Assembly: GCA_024679065.1 (NCBI GenBank)
Contig: JAGIQG010000034.1
Span: forward strand, 1,674,001 to 1,738,000
Origin: Sphyrna mokarran
Taxonomy: Eukaryota
Direction of reading: 5' to 3'
Length of the DNA stretch: 64,000 nt
Below the pieces are notes generated by a model. It saw only the letters and a list, made by a program, of their open reading frames with translations, had not been told where the DNA came from and searched no databases. Shown piece by piece: positions 38,984 to 51,575 of the stretch; position 1 is the first letter of the stretch, and every line of letters begins with the position of its first letter. The translations under genes and the position numbers were made by a program.

Positions 38984-39262
38984 GTCCAGAGGGAGGGGGG
39001 TTCAGGACAATAACATCCCCCCACCCCCTCAGAGGGAGGGGGGTTCAGGACAATAACATCCCCCCACCCCCTCAGAGGGAGGGGGGTTCAGGACAATAAC
39101 ATCCCCCCACCCCCTCAGAGGGAGGGGGGTTCAGGACAATAACATCCCCCCACACCTCCAGAGGAAGGGGGATCAGGACAATAACACTGCCCCCCCCCCC
39201 CCGATTTCCCCCCCTCCCCAGAGAGAGGGGGGAATCAGGACAATAACACCCGCCCTCCCCGG
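38984..39262. repeat. 43-bp minisatellite (~6 copies)
   Basis: ttcaggacaataacatcccc recurs at 39001, 39044, 39087 and 39130. Confidence 0.92.
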
Positions 39263-39308
39263 GATATCCAGATTGCCTCCGTTACAAACTTGACCAAACT
39301 TCAATACA

Positions 39309-40063
39309 TATAGAACATAGAACATAGAACATTGCAGCGCAGAACAGGCCCTTCGGCCTTCGATGTTGCGCCGACCATTAGGAAAAAGCAATGACCCTCC
39401 AAACTAAACCATTCCCTTTTCATCCATAAACTTATCTACTAACCTCTTAAACGCCACCAAACTTGGCGCATCTACAACTGACGCAGGCAGGCATTCCATA
39501 CCCTTACCACCCTCTGGGTAAAGAACCTACCTCTGACATCTGTCCTAAAACCACCACCCCTTAATTTAAAGCTATGTCCCCTCGTGCTAGCTTTCTCCAT
39601 CCTAGGAAAAAGGCTATCACTGTCCACCCTATCTAAACCTCTAATCATCTTATATGTTTCAATAAGGTCTCCTCTTAGCCGCCTTCTTTCTAACGAAGAC
39701 AACCTCAAATCCCTCAGCCTCTCTTCATAAGACCTGCCCTCCATACCAGGCAACATCCTGGTAAACCTCCTCTGTACCCTCTCCAATGCCTCCACATCTT
39801 TCTTATAATGTGGGGACCAGAACTGCACACAATACTCCAAGTGCGGCCGCACTAGAGTTTTGTACAGTTGCAACATGACGTTGCGGCTCCGAAATTCAAT
39901 CCCCCTACCAATAAAAGCTAAGACTCCGTATGCCTTCTTAACAACCTTATCGACTTGACTGCCTACTTTCAAGGATCTATGCACATATACACCAAGATCC
40001 CTCTGTTCATCAACACTATTAAGAATCCTACCATTAGCCGTATACTCTACACATTTGTTATTC
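39309..40063 (-). mobile_element. Young CR1 3' fragment
   Basis: ORF 39472..40080 is the CR1 ORF2 C-terminus; (TAGAACA)n tail. Confidence 0.92.
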
Positions 40064-40544
40064 CATCTTCCATGTTCCATCTTCCTGGGAGAATGCCCCC
40101 TTTCCAGAGGGAACAGCGCACTAATGGGCTATATTTAGAGATGTTTTCTCCAATTCCCAGTTAGCCTCGGATGGGAGTAATTGTATCCTGCTCAGTACTG
40201 AGGGTAGTTTCAATAGTTTCTGCTCTAACTAGCTGACAGTGCAGTGAAACCGGGGCCAGATGTCCCAGTGTTTTAAATATTTAACCAGCCAATAACCATT
40301 GAAATCGATTCGACTCCAACCCAAACAGATACATTAATATCTCACAGTGAAAACACACCTTCTGGGTTCTATAAACCCCAATCCTGAACTGAAGCAAACT
40401 GTTAAACTCCCCGTCCCCGATCTGTCTTTGGCCTTTCTGGATTTGGTTTGTGTTTGATCCTGTCTCGAAGCTTCTACCCCTTCAAGGTTAAAGAGAGGAA
40501 ATGCTTGGACTTTGTCTCTGCGTCAGTGACATTTACAACTGGAC

Positions 40545-41300
40545 CCTAATCTTAACCTAACCATAATCTTCCTTATCCTGAGCAAGACCTGATTTTAACC
40601 TGACCATAACCTTCCTTAACCTGATCATAACATAACCTGAGCATAACCAGACCTTAACCTTCCTTAATCTGACCATAACATTAACTTAACCTGAGCATAA
40701 CCAGACCTTAACCTGACCATAATGTTAACTTAATTTGAGCATAACCAGACCTTAACCTGATCATTACCTTCCTTACCCTGAGCATAACCTGATTTTAACC
40801 AGACCATAATCTTCCTTAACCTGATCATAACCTTAACATAACTTCCCTTAACCTGATCATAATCTTCCTTAACCTGAGCATAACCAGACCATAACTTGGT
40901 GATAATCTTCCTTAACCTGAGCATAACTAAACTTTAACCTGACCATAAACTTCCTTAACCTGATCATAACTTTAACTTAACCTGAGCATAATCTTAACAT
41001 AACCTGAGCATAACCAGACCTTAACCTGAGCATAACCCTAATTTAACGTGAGCATAATCTAACTTAACCTGAGCATAACCTTCCTTAACCTGAGCATAAC
41101 CTTAACATAACCTGAGCATAACCTTAACTTAACCTGAGCATAACCTTAACTTGATCCGAGCAGAATCAGATTTTAATCTTCCTTAACCTGGCCATAACCT
41201 TAACTTAACCTGAGCACAACCAGGCCCCAATCTTTCTTAACCTGACCATAACCTGATCTTAATCATAACATGACTGTAACCTTAGTTTAACCTGCCTGTA
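40545..41300. repeat. Degenerate TAACCT-based tandem array
   Basis: Repeats such as taacctgagcataaccttaac throughout. Confidence 0.9.
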
Positions 41301-41875
41301 ACTGTATTTATTTAATACTTTTGGGGTGAGTCACAGCTGATTAAGGCTTTTTTTTGGAAGGTGTGTTATAGAAAACAGGCCAAGCAAGAAGTGAAATACT
41401 TTATAAACCCCATCAATAATGTGGAAATGATGGAGGGATTAATGAACAAAACCTGGTAACATTATGATGTGTGGATGTTAATATAAAATCACTTTATTCT
41501 GTAAATTGCATTTTGCAACATATTGTAATTATTCGCATATGGAAAACTTTATAATGTGTAATCTTTTATTATTGTTGATTTTACTTTTAATGATAGTCCA
41601 TAAGAATCTTATAATTGATCATTTATTGATTATATCGTTGAGGATGCCGTGGTATTGTCACTGGACTAGTTACCCAGAGAACCAGGGTAATGCTGTGGGG
41701 ACCTGGGTTCAAATCCCACCACAGCAGATAGAAATCAGGAATTAGATGTTTAATGGTGATTTGGTTCAGTAGGATGTCTGCTGTTACCCAGTCTGGCCTG
41801 GATGTGATTCTAAATGCGCAGCAATGTGGTGAACTATTAAATGCCTTCTGATCATGGCACAGTGGGTTAGCACTG

Positions 41876-43473
41876 GGTTGGATGTGTTAGAACTTTTAAA
41901 TGCTATCAAGATAGACAAGTCTCCGGGACCAGATGGGATGTACCCCAGGTTATTGTGGGAGGTGAGGGATGTCATTGCAGAGCCCCTGGCGATGATCTTT
42001 GCGTCGTCGATGGAGACGGGAGAGGTTCCAGAGGATTGGAGGATTGCGGATGTGGTCCCTATTTTCAAGAAAGGGAACAGGGATAGTCCTGGAAATTACC
42101 GACCGGTGAGTCTGACCTCAGTGGTTGGTAAGCTGATGGAGAGGCTTCTGAGGGACAAGATTTACGAGCATTTGGAGAAGTTTAGGTTGATTAGAAATAG
42201 TCAACATGGTTTTGTAAAAGGCAGGTCGTGCCTTACGAGCTTAATTGAGTTCTTCGAAAATGTGACTGAACACATTGACGAAGGAAGAGCAGTGGACGTG
42301 GTGTACATGGACTTCAGCAAGGCATTTGACAAGGTCCCACATGCAAGACTTCTTGAGAAGGTGAGAGGCCATGGGATCCAAGGGGCTTTGGCCTTGTGGA
42401 TCCAGAACTGGCTTGCCTGCAGAAGGCAGAGGGTGGTTGTGGATGGCTCTTTTTCTGCATGGAGGTCGGTCACCAGTGGAGTGCCCCAGGGATCTGTTCT
42501 AGGACCCTTGCTGTTTGTCATTTTCATAAATGACCTGGATGAGGAAGTGGAGGGATGGGTGAGTAAGTTCGCCGATGACACGAAGGTCGGTGGTGTTGTG
42601 GATGGTCTGGAGGGATGTCAGAAGTTGCAGCATGACATCGACAGGATGCAAGACTGGGCGGAGAAGTGGCAGATGGACTTCAACGCGGATAAATGTGTTG
42701 TGGTCCATTTTGGCAGATCCAACGGGATGAATGAGTACACTATCAAAGGTAGGAGTCTTAGCTGTGTGGAAGAGCAGAGGGATCTTGGGGTCCGGGTCCA
42801 TAAGACTCTCAAATCGGCCTCCCAGGTGGAGGATGTGGTTAAGAAAGCTTACGGTGTACTGGCCTTCATTCATCGAGGGATTGAGTTCAGGAGTCAGGAG
42901 GTAATGCTGCAGCTTTATAGGACCCTTGTCAGAGCACACTTGGAGTACTGTGCGCAGTTCTGGTCGCCTCACTATAGGAAGGACGTGGAAGCTATTGAAA
43001 GGGTGCAGAGGAGATTTACAAGGATGTTGCCTGGATTGGGAGGCATGCCTTATGAAGACAGGTTGAGGGAGCTGGGACTGTTCTCCCTGGAGAGACGAAG
43101 GTTGAGAGGCGACCTGATAGAGGTTTACAAGATGTTGAGAGGAATAGATAGGGTGGACTCTCAGAGACTATTTCCCAGGGCTGAAATGGTCGCGACGAGA
43201 GGGCACAGATTTAAGGTGCAGGGAAGCAAGTACAGAGGGGATGCTAGGGGAAAGTTTTTCACTCAGAGGGTGGTGAGTGAATGGAATCGGCTGCCGTCGG
43301 TGGTGGTCGAGGCGAACTCGCTGGGGTCTTTTAAAAGACTTCTGGATGAGTATATGGGATCCAATGGGATTGGGGGTTATAGATAGGTCTATGGCTGGGT
43401 AGGTTTTGATGTGTTCGGCACAACTTGTGGGCCGAAGGGCCTGTTTGTGCTGTAGTGTTCTATGTTCTATGTT
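41876..43473 (+). mobile_element. Young 5'-truncated CR1 LINE with uninterrupted RT ORF (41854-43386)
   Basis: RT motifs YRPVSL, QHGF, DFSKAFD, GVPQGSVLGP, FADD; (TTCTATG)n tail; CACTG target duplication (41871-41875 / 43474-43478) splitting a SINE head. Confidence 0.95.
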
Positions 43474-43584
43474 CACTGCTGCCTCACAGGATATAGCAGG
43501 ACTGTTTGAATATCGGGAGGACCAAATAGTAGTAGACTATCTTTTAGTTTCGTCTCGGGAATGTCTTAGTTTTTTTTAAATGTT

Positions 43585-44065
43585 TAATTAAGTCTTATTT
43601 GTTTCTGCAGGCAATTCGGTCCACCTTGTTGACCAACAAGGGGCATGCATGCGGCATGTCGTGCGAGAGCTGCTCTTGGAGGTTGCTTCAGGAGTGGCCT
43701 GGTGCTTCATGTCGTCAGTGTATGCTTAAACTGGACCATCGGATGGGCAACATGACAGCTCAGAGACTATCGCTGTTGCTGTGCTGACACATGGATTTGG
43801 GCCTGTGTCTGCGGGAGTTTGCGCGTTCTCCCCGTGGTTGCGTGGGTTTCCTCCGGGTGCTCCGGTTTCCTCCCACATCCCAAAAATGTGCTCTTAGGCT
43901 GATTGGGTAACAAATTGTCCCTATATTGGTCCCTATATGGGAATCTTCAACAATAGGCATAGCCTAAAGTCAAGGATATGTCATTAAGACGTTAGGACGG
44001 CGGCGTGGGCTTGTTGGGCTGAAGGGCCTGTTTCCCGTGCTGTGTTGCTCTTTGTTCTTTGTTTG
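43585..44065 (+). mobile_element. Leader-bearing SINE (B box deleted)
   Basis: Acceptor-like flank, leader 43618-43737, head ...catggatttgggcc, CR1-type tail. Confidence 0.8.
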
Positions 44066-44786
44066 CCAGGAACCCCAGTTTGATTCCAGCCTCAGGTCAC
44101 TGTCTGTGTGGAGTTTGTACATTCTCCCCGTGTCTGCGTGGGTTTCCTCCGGCTGCTCCGGTTTCCTCTCACAGTCCAAAGATGTACGGGTTAGGTAGAT
44201 TGGCCGTGCTAAAAATTGCCTCTTAGCTTCCCAAGATGTGCAGGTTAGGTGGATTGGGCATGGTAAAATTGTCCATTAGTGTCGCAAGATGTATAGGTTT
44301 ATAGATGGATTACATAGAACATAGAACATTACAGCACAGAACAGGCCCTTCGGCCTTCGATGTTGCGCCGACCAATATAAAAAGCAATGACCCTCCAAAC
44401 TAAACCATTCCCCTCTCTTCCATATACTTATCAACTAACCTCTTAAACGCCACCAAACTTGGCGCATCTACAACTGCTGCAGGCAGGGCATTCCACTCCC
44501 GAACCACCCTTTGGGTAAAGAATTACCATGGATTAGCCGTGGTAAATGCATGGGATTATAAGGATAAGGCAGAGGGGAAGATCTGGGTAAGATGCAGTTT
44601 CGGAGAGTCAGCGCAGACTCAATGGGCCGAACGGTCTCTCTCTGCAATGTAAGGATTCAGTGGTTCAAGGAAAATAGCAATGAGTGTGGTCTGGCAGCAA
44701 CACTCAGTGATACAGAATAGCACCTGCCTGCATCGTGATATTTCAATATTACTTACAGTAATTTATTATTTCCAGTGTGATTTGTG

Positions 44787-44821
44787 GGGGAAAAAAAGAA
44801 AGAAAAAAAGGGAGAAAAAGG

Positions 44822-44853
<32 letters not shown>

Positions 44854-45440
44854 AAAAAAACAAAAGAAAAAAAGAACAAAAAAAAAAAAAGAAAAAAGGA
44901 GAAAAAGAAAAGAAAAGGGGGGGAGGGGGAAGGGGAGGAAGGGGGGAAAGGTGGGAGGGGGAAGGGGGAGAAGGGGGGAAAAGGGGGGAGCGGGAAGGGG
45001 AGGAAGGGGGGAAAGGGGGGAGGGGGGAAGGGAGGAAGGGGGGAAAGGGGGGGAGGGGGGAAGGGGGAGGAAGGGGGGAAAGGGGGGGAGGGGGAAGGGG
45101 AGGAAGGGGGGAAAGGGGGGAGGGGGAAGGGAGGAAGGGGGAAGGGGGGGAGGGGGAAGGGAGGAAGGGGGGAACGGAAAGGGGGGAGGGGGAAGGGAGG
45201 AAGGGGGGAAAGGGGGGAGGGGACGGGGAGGAAGGGGGGAAAGGGGGGGAGGGGGAAGTGGGAGGAAGGGGGAGGAAAGGGGGGAGGGAAGGGGAGGAAG
45301 GGGGGAAAGGGGGGGAGGGGGAAGGGGAGGAAGGGGGGAAAGGGGGGGGAGGGGAAGGGGAGAAGGGGGGGAAAGGGGGGAGGGGGAAGGGAGGAAGGGG
45401 GGAAAGGGGGGAGGGGAGGGGGGAGAGGGTGGAGGGTATG
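44787..45440. repeat. Polypurine low-complexity tract
   Basis: ~130 nt A-rich followed by ~520 nt of almost pure G/A. Confidence 0.95.
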
Positions 45441-46759
45441 GAGGAGGGAGTATGGAGGAATGGGCTGGGGGACAGCAACAAGCACTGCTTTAATATCCTG
45501 CTTTAAATGTGTCACTCTGAAATGTCAGCCCAATTAAATTCTCAAATCTGTGAAGTGAAACTTTGAATCTTCCGGATCCTGTGTCAGACAGCAACAATAG
45601 GTTGCATTTATGTAGCACCTTTCAACAAATGCCCCAAGATGCTTCACGGGAGCGCTACCAAATAAAAACATCCTGTCACATTAGGCCACGTGAACAACAG
45701 ACGTGACCAAAGAGTTGGGTTTTAAGGAGTGTCTTACAGCAGGTGGGTACAATAAGAACTGTCACAACACCGGGATAAAGTCCAACAGGTTTATGCGGAG
45801 CTTTCGGAGCGTGGCTCCTTCATCAGTTGAGTGGCACATGAAACCCAAACAAGCCTGTTAAAGGAGGAGAAATAGAGGGGTGGAAGGATCGTTTGCACTG
45901 TCTACAGCCCACTGTCCATGGCTGTACAGTGACACACTGGTTAGCACTGCTGCCTCACAGTGTCAGGGACCCAGGTTCAATTCCAGCCTCGGGTCACTGT
46001 CTGTGAGGAGTTTGCACATTCTCCCCATGTCTGCGTGGGTTTCCTCTGGGTGCTCTGGCTCCCTCCCACGGTGCAAAAGACGTGCTGGGTAGGCTGCGTT
46101 GGCCGTGCTAAATTCACCCTCACGAACAGGTACTGGAGTGGGGCGACTAGGGGGATTTCACAGTAACTTCTTTGCTGTGTTAAAGTAAGCCTTACATGTG
46201 ACTTTAATAAATAAACTTTAATTTTTTTTAACTTTAGAGAGGCGGAGAGTGAGGAAGAGAGAGAATTTGAGAGATGGGAACTGAGATCGCTGAAGGCTGA
46301 CATTGGCTGAGCCACGTGAGGTGCTGTATTTTCCTCTTCGACTTGAGATTAAAATTGAACTGTGTTCACGGGGACAGGATGTACAAATCTCTAAACAAGA
46401 GTGAAGATAAACATGCCCCAATCCTGATAACCATCACTGTGGTTGCATCAAGCTCTGCATTAGAACCTTGGTACGCAAATACCAAGTGTCACTGTACATT
46501 GAGCTTCTATTTGTATTGGGGAAGGATGTATCAGGCAAAGTAGTTAGATTGTGCCGTTCCACCTGTCCCTCATGGAAAGATTGATGCAGAGAAAGACCTT
46601 TGAACCACAAGAAGATCAGGCAGTGGTCAGCAAGTCCTGGAGGCCCCGAGGGAAAAGGAGATGGCTTATCCCGAACGCTGTATTTTCCTTATTGAGATTA
46701 AAAATGAGTCGTTTTCGCAGGGACAGGATGTACAAACTTCTAAACTAGAGTGAAGATCT

Positions 46760-47097
46760 GGATAGCACAGTGGTTAGCACTGCTGCTTCACAGCTCCAGG
46801 GTCCTGGGTTCGATTCCCGGCTCGGGTCACTGTCTGTGTGGAGTTTGCACATTCTCCTCGTGTCTGCGTGGGTTTCCTCTGGGTGCTCTGGTTTCCTCCC
46901 ACAATCCAAAAATGTACGAGTTAGGCAGATTGACCCTGCTGGGAAATTGCTCCTTGGTGTCCAGGGATGTGTAGGTTAGAGGGATTAGTGGGTATAATAT
47001 GTAGGGATATGGGGGGTAGGGCCTGGGTGGGATTGTGTTCGGTGCAGACTCGATGGGCCGAAGGGCCTCTTTCTGCACTGTAGGATTCTATGATTTA
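46760..47097 (+). mobile_element. tRNA-derived HE1-like SINE, near full length
   Basis: Intact A and B boxes (ggttcgattccc) and CR1-type tail. Confidence 0.9.
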
Positions 47098-47749
47098 TGA
47101 TCCTATCGATGGTTCTCTGAGTGGACTGTCAATGTCGTCACCAGAACTTACAAACAAGCACCAAGACCTGGTTTGCCTGATGGTGGGAAGGGCACTCCCT
47201 GTCAGATCCTTCCTACACCCCCGGAGTCTCACCTCCTCTGCACCTCGAGCTGATTGTGTGGAGAAGACAGCGCTGTCCACTTCCTTGTGGAATGTGCTAT
47301 CTCAAATAGGAGGGGAATCAACTTAAACTATCCTAATTTCCCCACTCACCACCCCATTCTGTAAACGGAAATGTGTTTAAAAATCATGATTTCCTCCTTT
47401 ATATTTTCCCTGACCGTTAAATTTAGAATGTTCCAAACCCCTATCAAAAACTTACACAGAAAATCCGGGATAAGATCAAATAAAAAGGGGTTGGTTTATT
47501 CGGCTCTGTGGAAAGGGATCCCTTTTACACTCACACGATAAATGGTAGGTAAATGGAAAGGAAGAGGTTTCAGAGCACGATCACATTAATATACAAACTG
47601 GGGCTTTACCAGTGTCCAGAGCCTAGAATCAGAAATGTTCTGTCCAAGGATTGGTTGACTGGTTATAGAATGCTCTCTTTCCAGAGCGAGATTGCCACAG
47701 TGGGAGAAGGCACTTAGAGTGAGTTAGTTTGGAGGCACAAGCTCCAACA

Positions 47750-48107
47750 GTGCTTCACGTTGTTAGTGTACGCTTAAACTGGACGTGCAACACGACAGCT
47801 CAGTGACTATCTCTGTGCTGTGCAGATACATGGATTTGGGCCTGTGTCTGTGGGAGTTTGCGTGTTCTCCCCGTGCTTGCGTGGGTTTTCTCCGGGTGCT
47901 CTGGTTTCCTCCCACACCCCAAAGATGTGCTCTTAAGCTGACTGGTGTAACAAATTGTTCCTAAATTAGTTTCTCCTCAATCTGGTTTCCAATGTGGAAT
48001 GCTGTAAGTGTAGACAAGGGTCACGGGTGGAAGAGGGAACTCACAATGTTAAAATAGTGGCGTGGGCTCGTTGGGCCGAAGGGCCTGTTTCCTATGCTTT
48101 GTTCTTA
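47750..48107 (+). mobile_element. Leader-bearing SINE, 5'-truncated inside the leader
   Basis: Begins agtgcttcacgttgttagtgtacgcttaaactggac; same head and tail. Confidence 0.8.
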
Positions 48108-48352
48108 GTTTAGAAATCTCACAACACCAGCTTAAAGTCCAACAGGTTTTTATTTGTAGCAAATGCCACCAGCTTTCGGAACTGGCTGTTCTTTCATCAG
48201 GTGAGTGGGAGTTTAACCTAGCGTCGAGCGACTTCTTACTGTGTTTACCCCAGTCCAATGCTGGCATCTCCACATCAGTTGGCAGGTTTGATGAAGTCAC
48301 TAAGAGGTCTGACAACACCAATTTTAAATCCAACCGATTTATTTGATAGTAA

Positions 48353-48392
48353 ACTTGCAAGCTTTCGGCCTTTGTGCCTTCATCAGGCAAAT
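48353..48392 (-). ncRNA. Minimal type-I hammerhead ribozyme motif (Penelope-type)
   Basis: AUUUGC-CUGAUGA-A-GGC(ACAAAG)GCC-GAAA-GC-UU-GCAAGU: intact core, helix I and helix II pair, palindromic AAGCUU minimal helix III. Confidence 0.6.
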
Positions 48393-51246
48393 GAGGTGTC
48401 CTGGTCTGCACTGTAGGGTTCTATGATGTATGATGAAGGTCAGAGCTTTCTTTTAACACTGCTGCCAGCTTGATGATAGACAGCACAGGCTATTGCCTGA
48501 GTTTTGTTGGAAGTAACAGCCAGAGTTCAGTTCCACAGGATAAAATAACACCTCCGACTATCACTCCTTGATGTGGGACAAAGGAAGTGTATTCCCATGG
48601 CTGGAATCTTGAGCTTTTAAAGTGGAGTCAGGATTGTTTTTTTTTGGGAGAGAGACTTGTTTTGGGTTGCTAACCCAAAATGTTAGAATCGTTCGTGCTT
48701 AGGCCATCAGCTCCTGTGAGGTTCGGATCTGCAAACGTTGCCTTTGATCAAAGTTGACTGGTGTTGTAGTTGGAATGTTTAAGCTTGGGGCAGGATTGTT
48801 ACATTCCAGATGTTTGTTAACTTTAAAGGTAACATACCAACAGCTGGAGTGATCTTGTAGGCTCAACAAATGTCCATTTGAAAAGCACGAAGAAATGGCT
48901 TTATAAAGTGACCCAGCTAATGAACGTACAATTTTTTAAACCTGTCTCAACACAACAGTGCCTTTGCAAAGACAGTCTGGAGAGAGTTGAAGTGGTTTTG
49001 ATGTTTATCCATGATGTTGGACTTTAATAGAATCTACAGAAGGAGGCCATTCAGCCCACCAAGTATGCACCGAATCTCACCCCTAGGCCCTATCCCCAAA
49101 ACCCTATTTATTTGCCCTACTAATCCCCTAACCTTAAGGGGCAATTTAGCATGGCCAATCAAACCTAACCCGCACATTTTTGGATTGTGCGAGGAACCCA
49201 GAGGAAACCCATGCAGACGTGGGGAGAACGTGCAGACTCCACACAGACAGTGACCCGAGCCAGGAATCGAATCCAGGTACCCAACAGTGATCGAGAAAGC
49301 TCAGAGAAGCTCAAAAACAGAGATAAGAATTTGAAAAGTGAGGTTTGCTTAACTGGGGCCCAATGCAAGCTGGGAGATGATGAATCAGTGCGATTCCATG
49401 CCCGATAGAACGTGGGCAACAGATTTGGTTCTGTTGAACTTTATCCTAAAATTGTGGAATAATTTTCAAAAGCCTTTTGACCCGTGTGTGTCCACGCCAG
49501 CCCTTTGAGAGAGCTTAATCCGATTCTCCCACTCCTTTCCCAGAGCCCGGAATTACTGTTCCCCCTTCCAGTAAATTGGCCAATTCAGTTTCGAAGGTTC
49601 CTATCGAATCCGCTTCCACCGCAGTTCCACAGGGTATGTTCCGGATCACAAGTCACTTTGCAAGTAAGATTTCTTTCACAACTGCTGCTTTGGAAAGAAA
49701 GTTACTGCAAATAAAGCAAAGCTGATTCTGAATCTCTGAAGGTCAAGCTGAATTAGTCACAAGAGATCTATGTGTGCCGTAAATATTTGTGTAAATGTCA
49801 CATTTTCATAAGCTTTCTTTCGAACGAATGCTGTGTGATTGACATTTCCACAGGTAATGTTTGTAAGTGATTGCTTATTTAGGAGTAAAATAAAAACTAT
49901 CAGCACTGAAGAATTCAGGCTGATTCCCCTTGCCTGAGAAATCCTTGCTTTAATAATTTGAATAAACGAAAAACAAAACTTAGAAATATTTGAAGTATTA
50001 ACCATAGAATCCCTACAGTGCAGAAAGAGGCCCTTCGGCCCATCAGGTCTGCACCGACCACAATCCCAACTAGGCCCTACCCCCATATCTGTAGACATTT
50101 ACCCACTAATCCCTCTAACCTACATATATCAGGACACTAAGGGGCAATTTTACCACGGCCAATCAACCTAACCCGTGCATCTTTGGATCGTGGGAGGAAA
50201 CCTGAGCACCCGGAGGAAACCCACGCAGACACGAGGAGAATGTGCATAACTCCACACAGACACTGACCCGAGTCGGGAATCGAACTCAGGTCCTTGGAGT
50301 TGTGAAGCAGCAGTGCTAACCCACTGTGCTACCCTGCCACCCACCCTTGGGACACTGAGGGATAATTTCGCATCAGCAATCCGCCTAACCTGCACATCTC
50401 TGGAGTGTGGGAGGAAACTGGAGCACCCGGAAGAAACCCACGCAGATAATGTGCAGACTCCATCCAGACAGTGACCCAAAGCTGGAATCGAACCTGGGTC
50501 TTTGGTACTGTGAGGCAGTACTGCTAACCATCGTGTCACTGTGACTTACTGATATTCCAACTGAATAATGAATACCTGCAGGCTTATACTTTGGTTTAGA
50601 AATTTTGGACTTTGACCCTTGAACAATTTGGCTGAACTTTTACGAAAGTACACACAATATCTCAGCTCAGGTTACGTTTAGACATCATTTACTGAAAAAG
50701 ATCCACATTTTGTCTTCTCTTCCTAGCCTGAAACTTCTTTAACCCCTTTGCCTTCTAGCAGAGAGTGGAGTCACAAATTTAAAAATTTATTTTCTTCAAT
50801 GGAGTTAAATATGATGTTGTGAAGAAATGCCCCATAAACCAAGCAATGTCCACATCAGCATTAAGGATCACAACATCTGGATGCCCTCTCTCACGGTGGC
50901 ACAGTGGTTTAGCACTGCTGCCTCACAGCTCCAGGGACCTGGATTCGAATATTGGCTCGGGTCACTGTCTGTGTGGCGTTTGCACATTCTCCCCGTGTCT
51001 GTGTGGGTTTCCTCTGGGTGCTCTGGTGTACTCCCACAGTCCAAAGATGAATGGGTTAGGTTGATTCACCATGCTAAATTGCCCCTTAGTTTCAGGGGAT
51101 TAGCAGGGAGAATATGTGGGGTTACGGGAATAGGATGTGGTCAGTGCAGATTCGATGGACCTACTTCTGCCCTGGGGGGAATTCCATGATTAACGTGCAA
51201 ACATTAATTTTACAAAAAAGCCTGACAAGAACCTGGTGACAAGAAT

Positions 51247-51575
51247 ACAAAGAACAAAGAACAAAACAGCACAGGAAACAGGCCCTTCGGCCCAACGAGC
51301 CCGCGCCGCCACCTCGGTGTTCCCACTTCTACCCGCGATCCCTGTCTAAGTTGATAGATCTATGGATTAGAACCAAATTTGAGACAATTTAGGGAGAATT
51401 TGTTCTGCCAATTAGCCTAAGAGCACACCTTTGGGATATGGGAGGAAACCGGAGCACCCGGAGAAAACCCACGCAAGCACGGGGAGAATGTGCAAACTCC
51501 CACAGACACAGGCCCAAATCCATGTATCTGCACAGCACAGCGATAGTCACTGAGCTGTCGTGTTGCCCATCAAAT
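51247..51575 (-). mobile_element. Leader-family SINE, truncated before the leader
   Basis: Same B-box-less head, body and (AAAGAAC)n tail. Confidence 0.8.

Noticed and set aside
36240-39099. Long ORFs over 36.2-37.0 kb and 37.6-39.1 kb
   Set aside because: They are translations of tandem repeats.
43618-43737. SINE leader as Y RNA, HCV-like IRES IIId, HDV-like or hammerhead ribozyme
   Set aside because: Only short word matches (GGUCCGA, UGGGUCG) that are not conserved across copies; I could not find the catalytic cores.
44680-45537. G/K/E- and P/F-rich ORFs
   Set aside because: Low-complexity purine tract.
47360-48952. Interrupted solo LTR on the - strand
   Set aside because: TG...CA-like ends but no TSD or second copy; too weak to list.
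49757-49947. Alternative TM/cytoplasmic exon (VLIVFILLL...AYENV) for the V gene
   Set aside because: Weak AAG acceptor and short hydrophobic stretch; the 38.9-kb exon fits much better.
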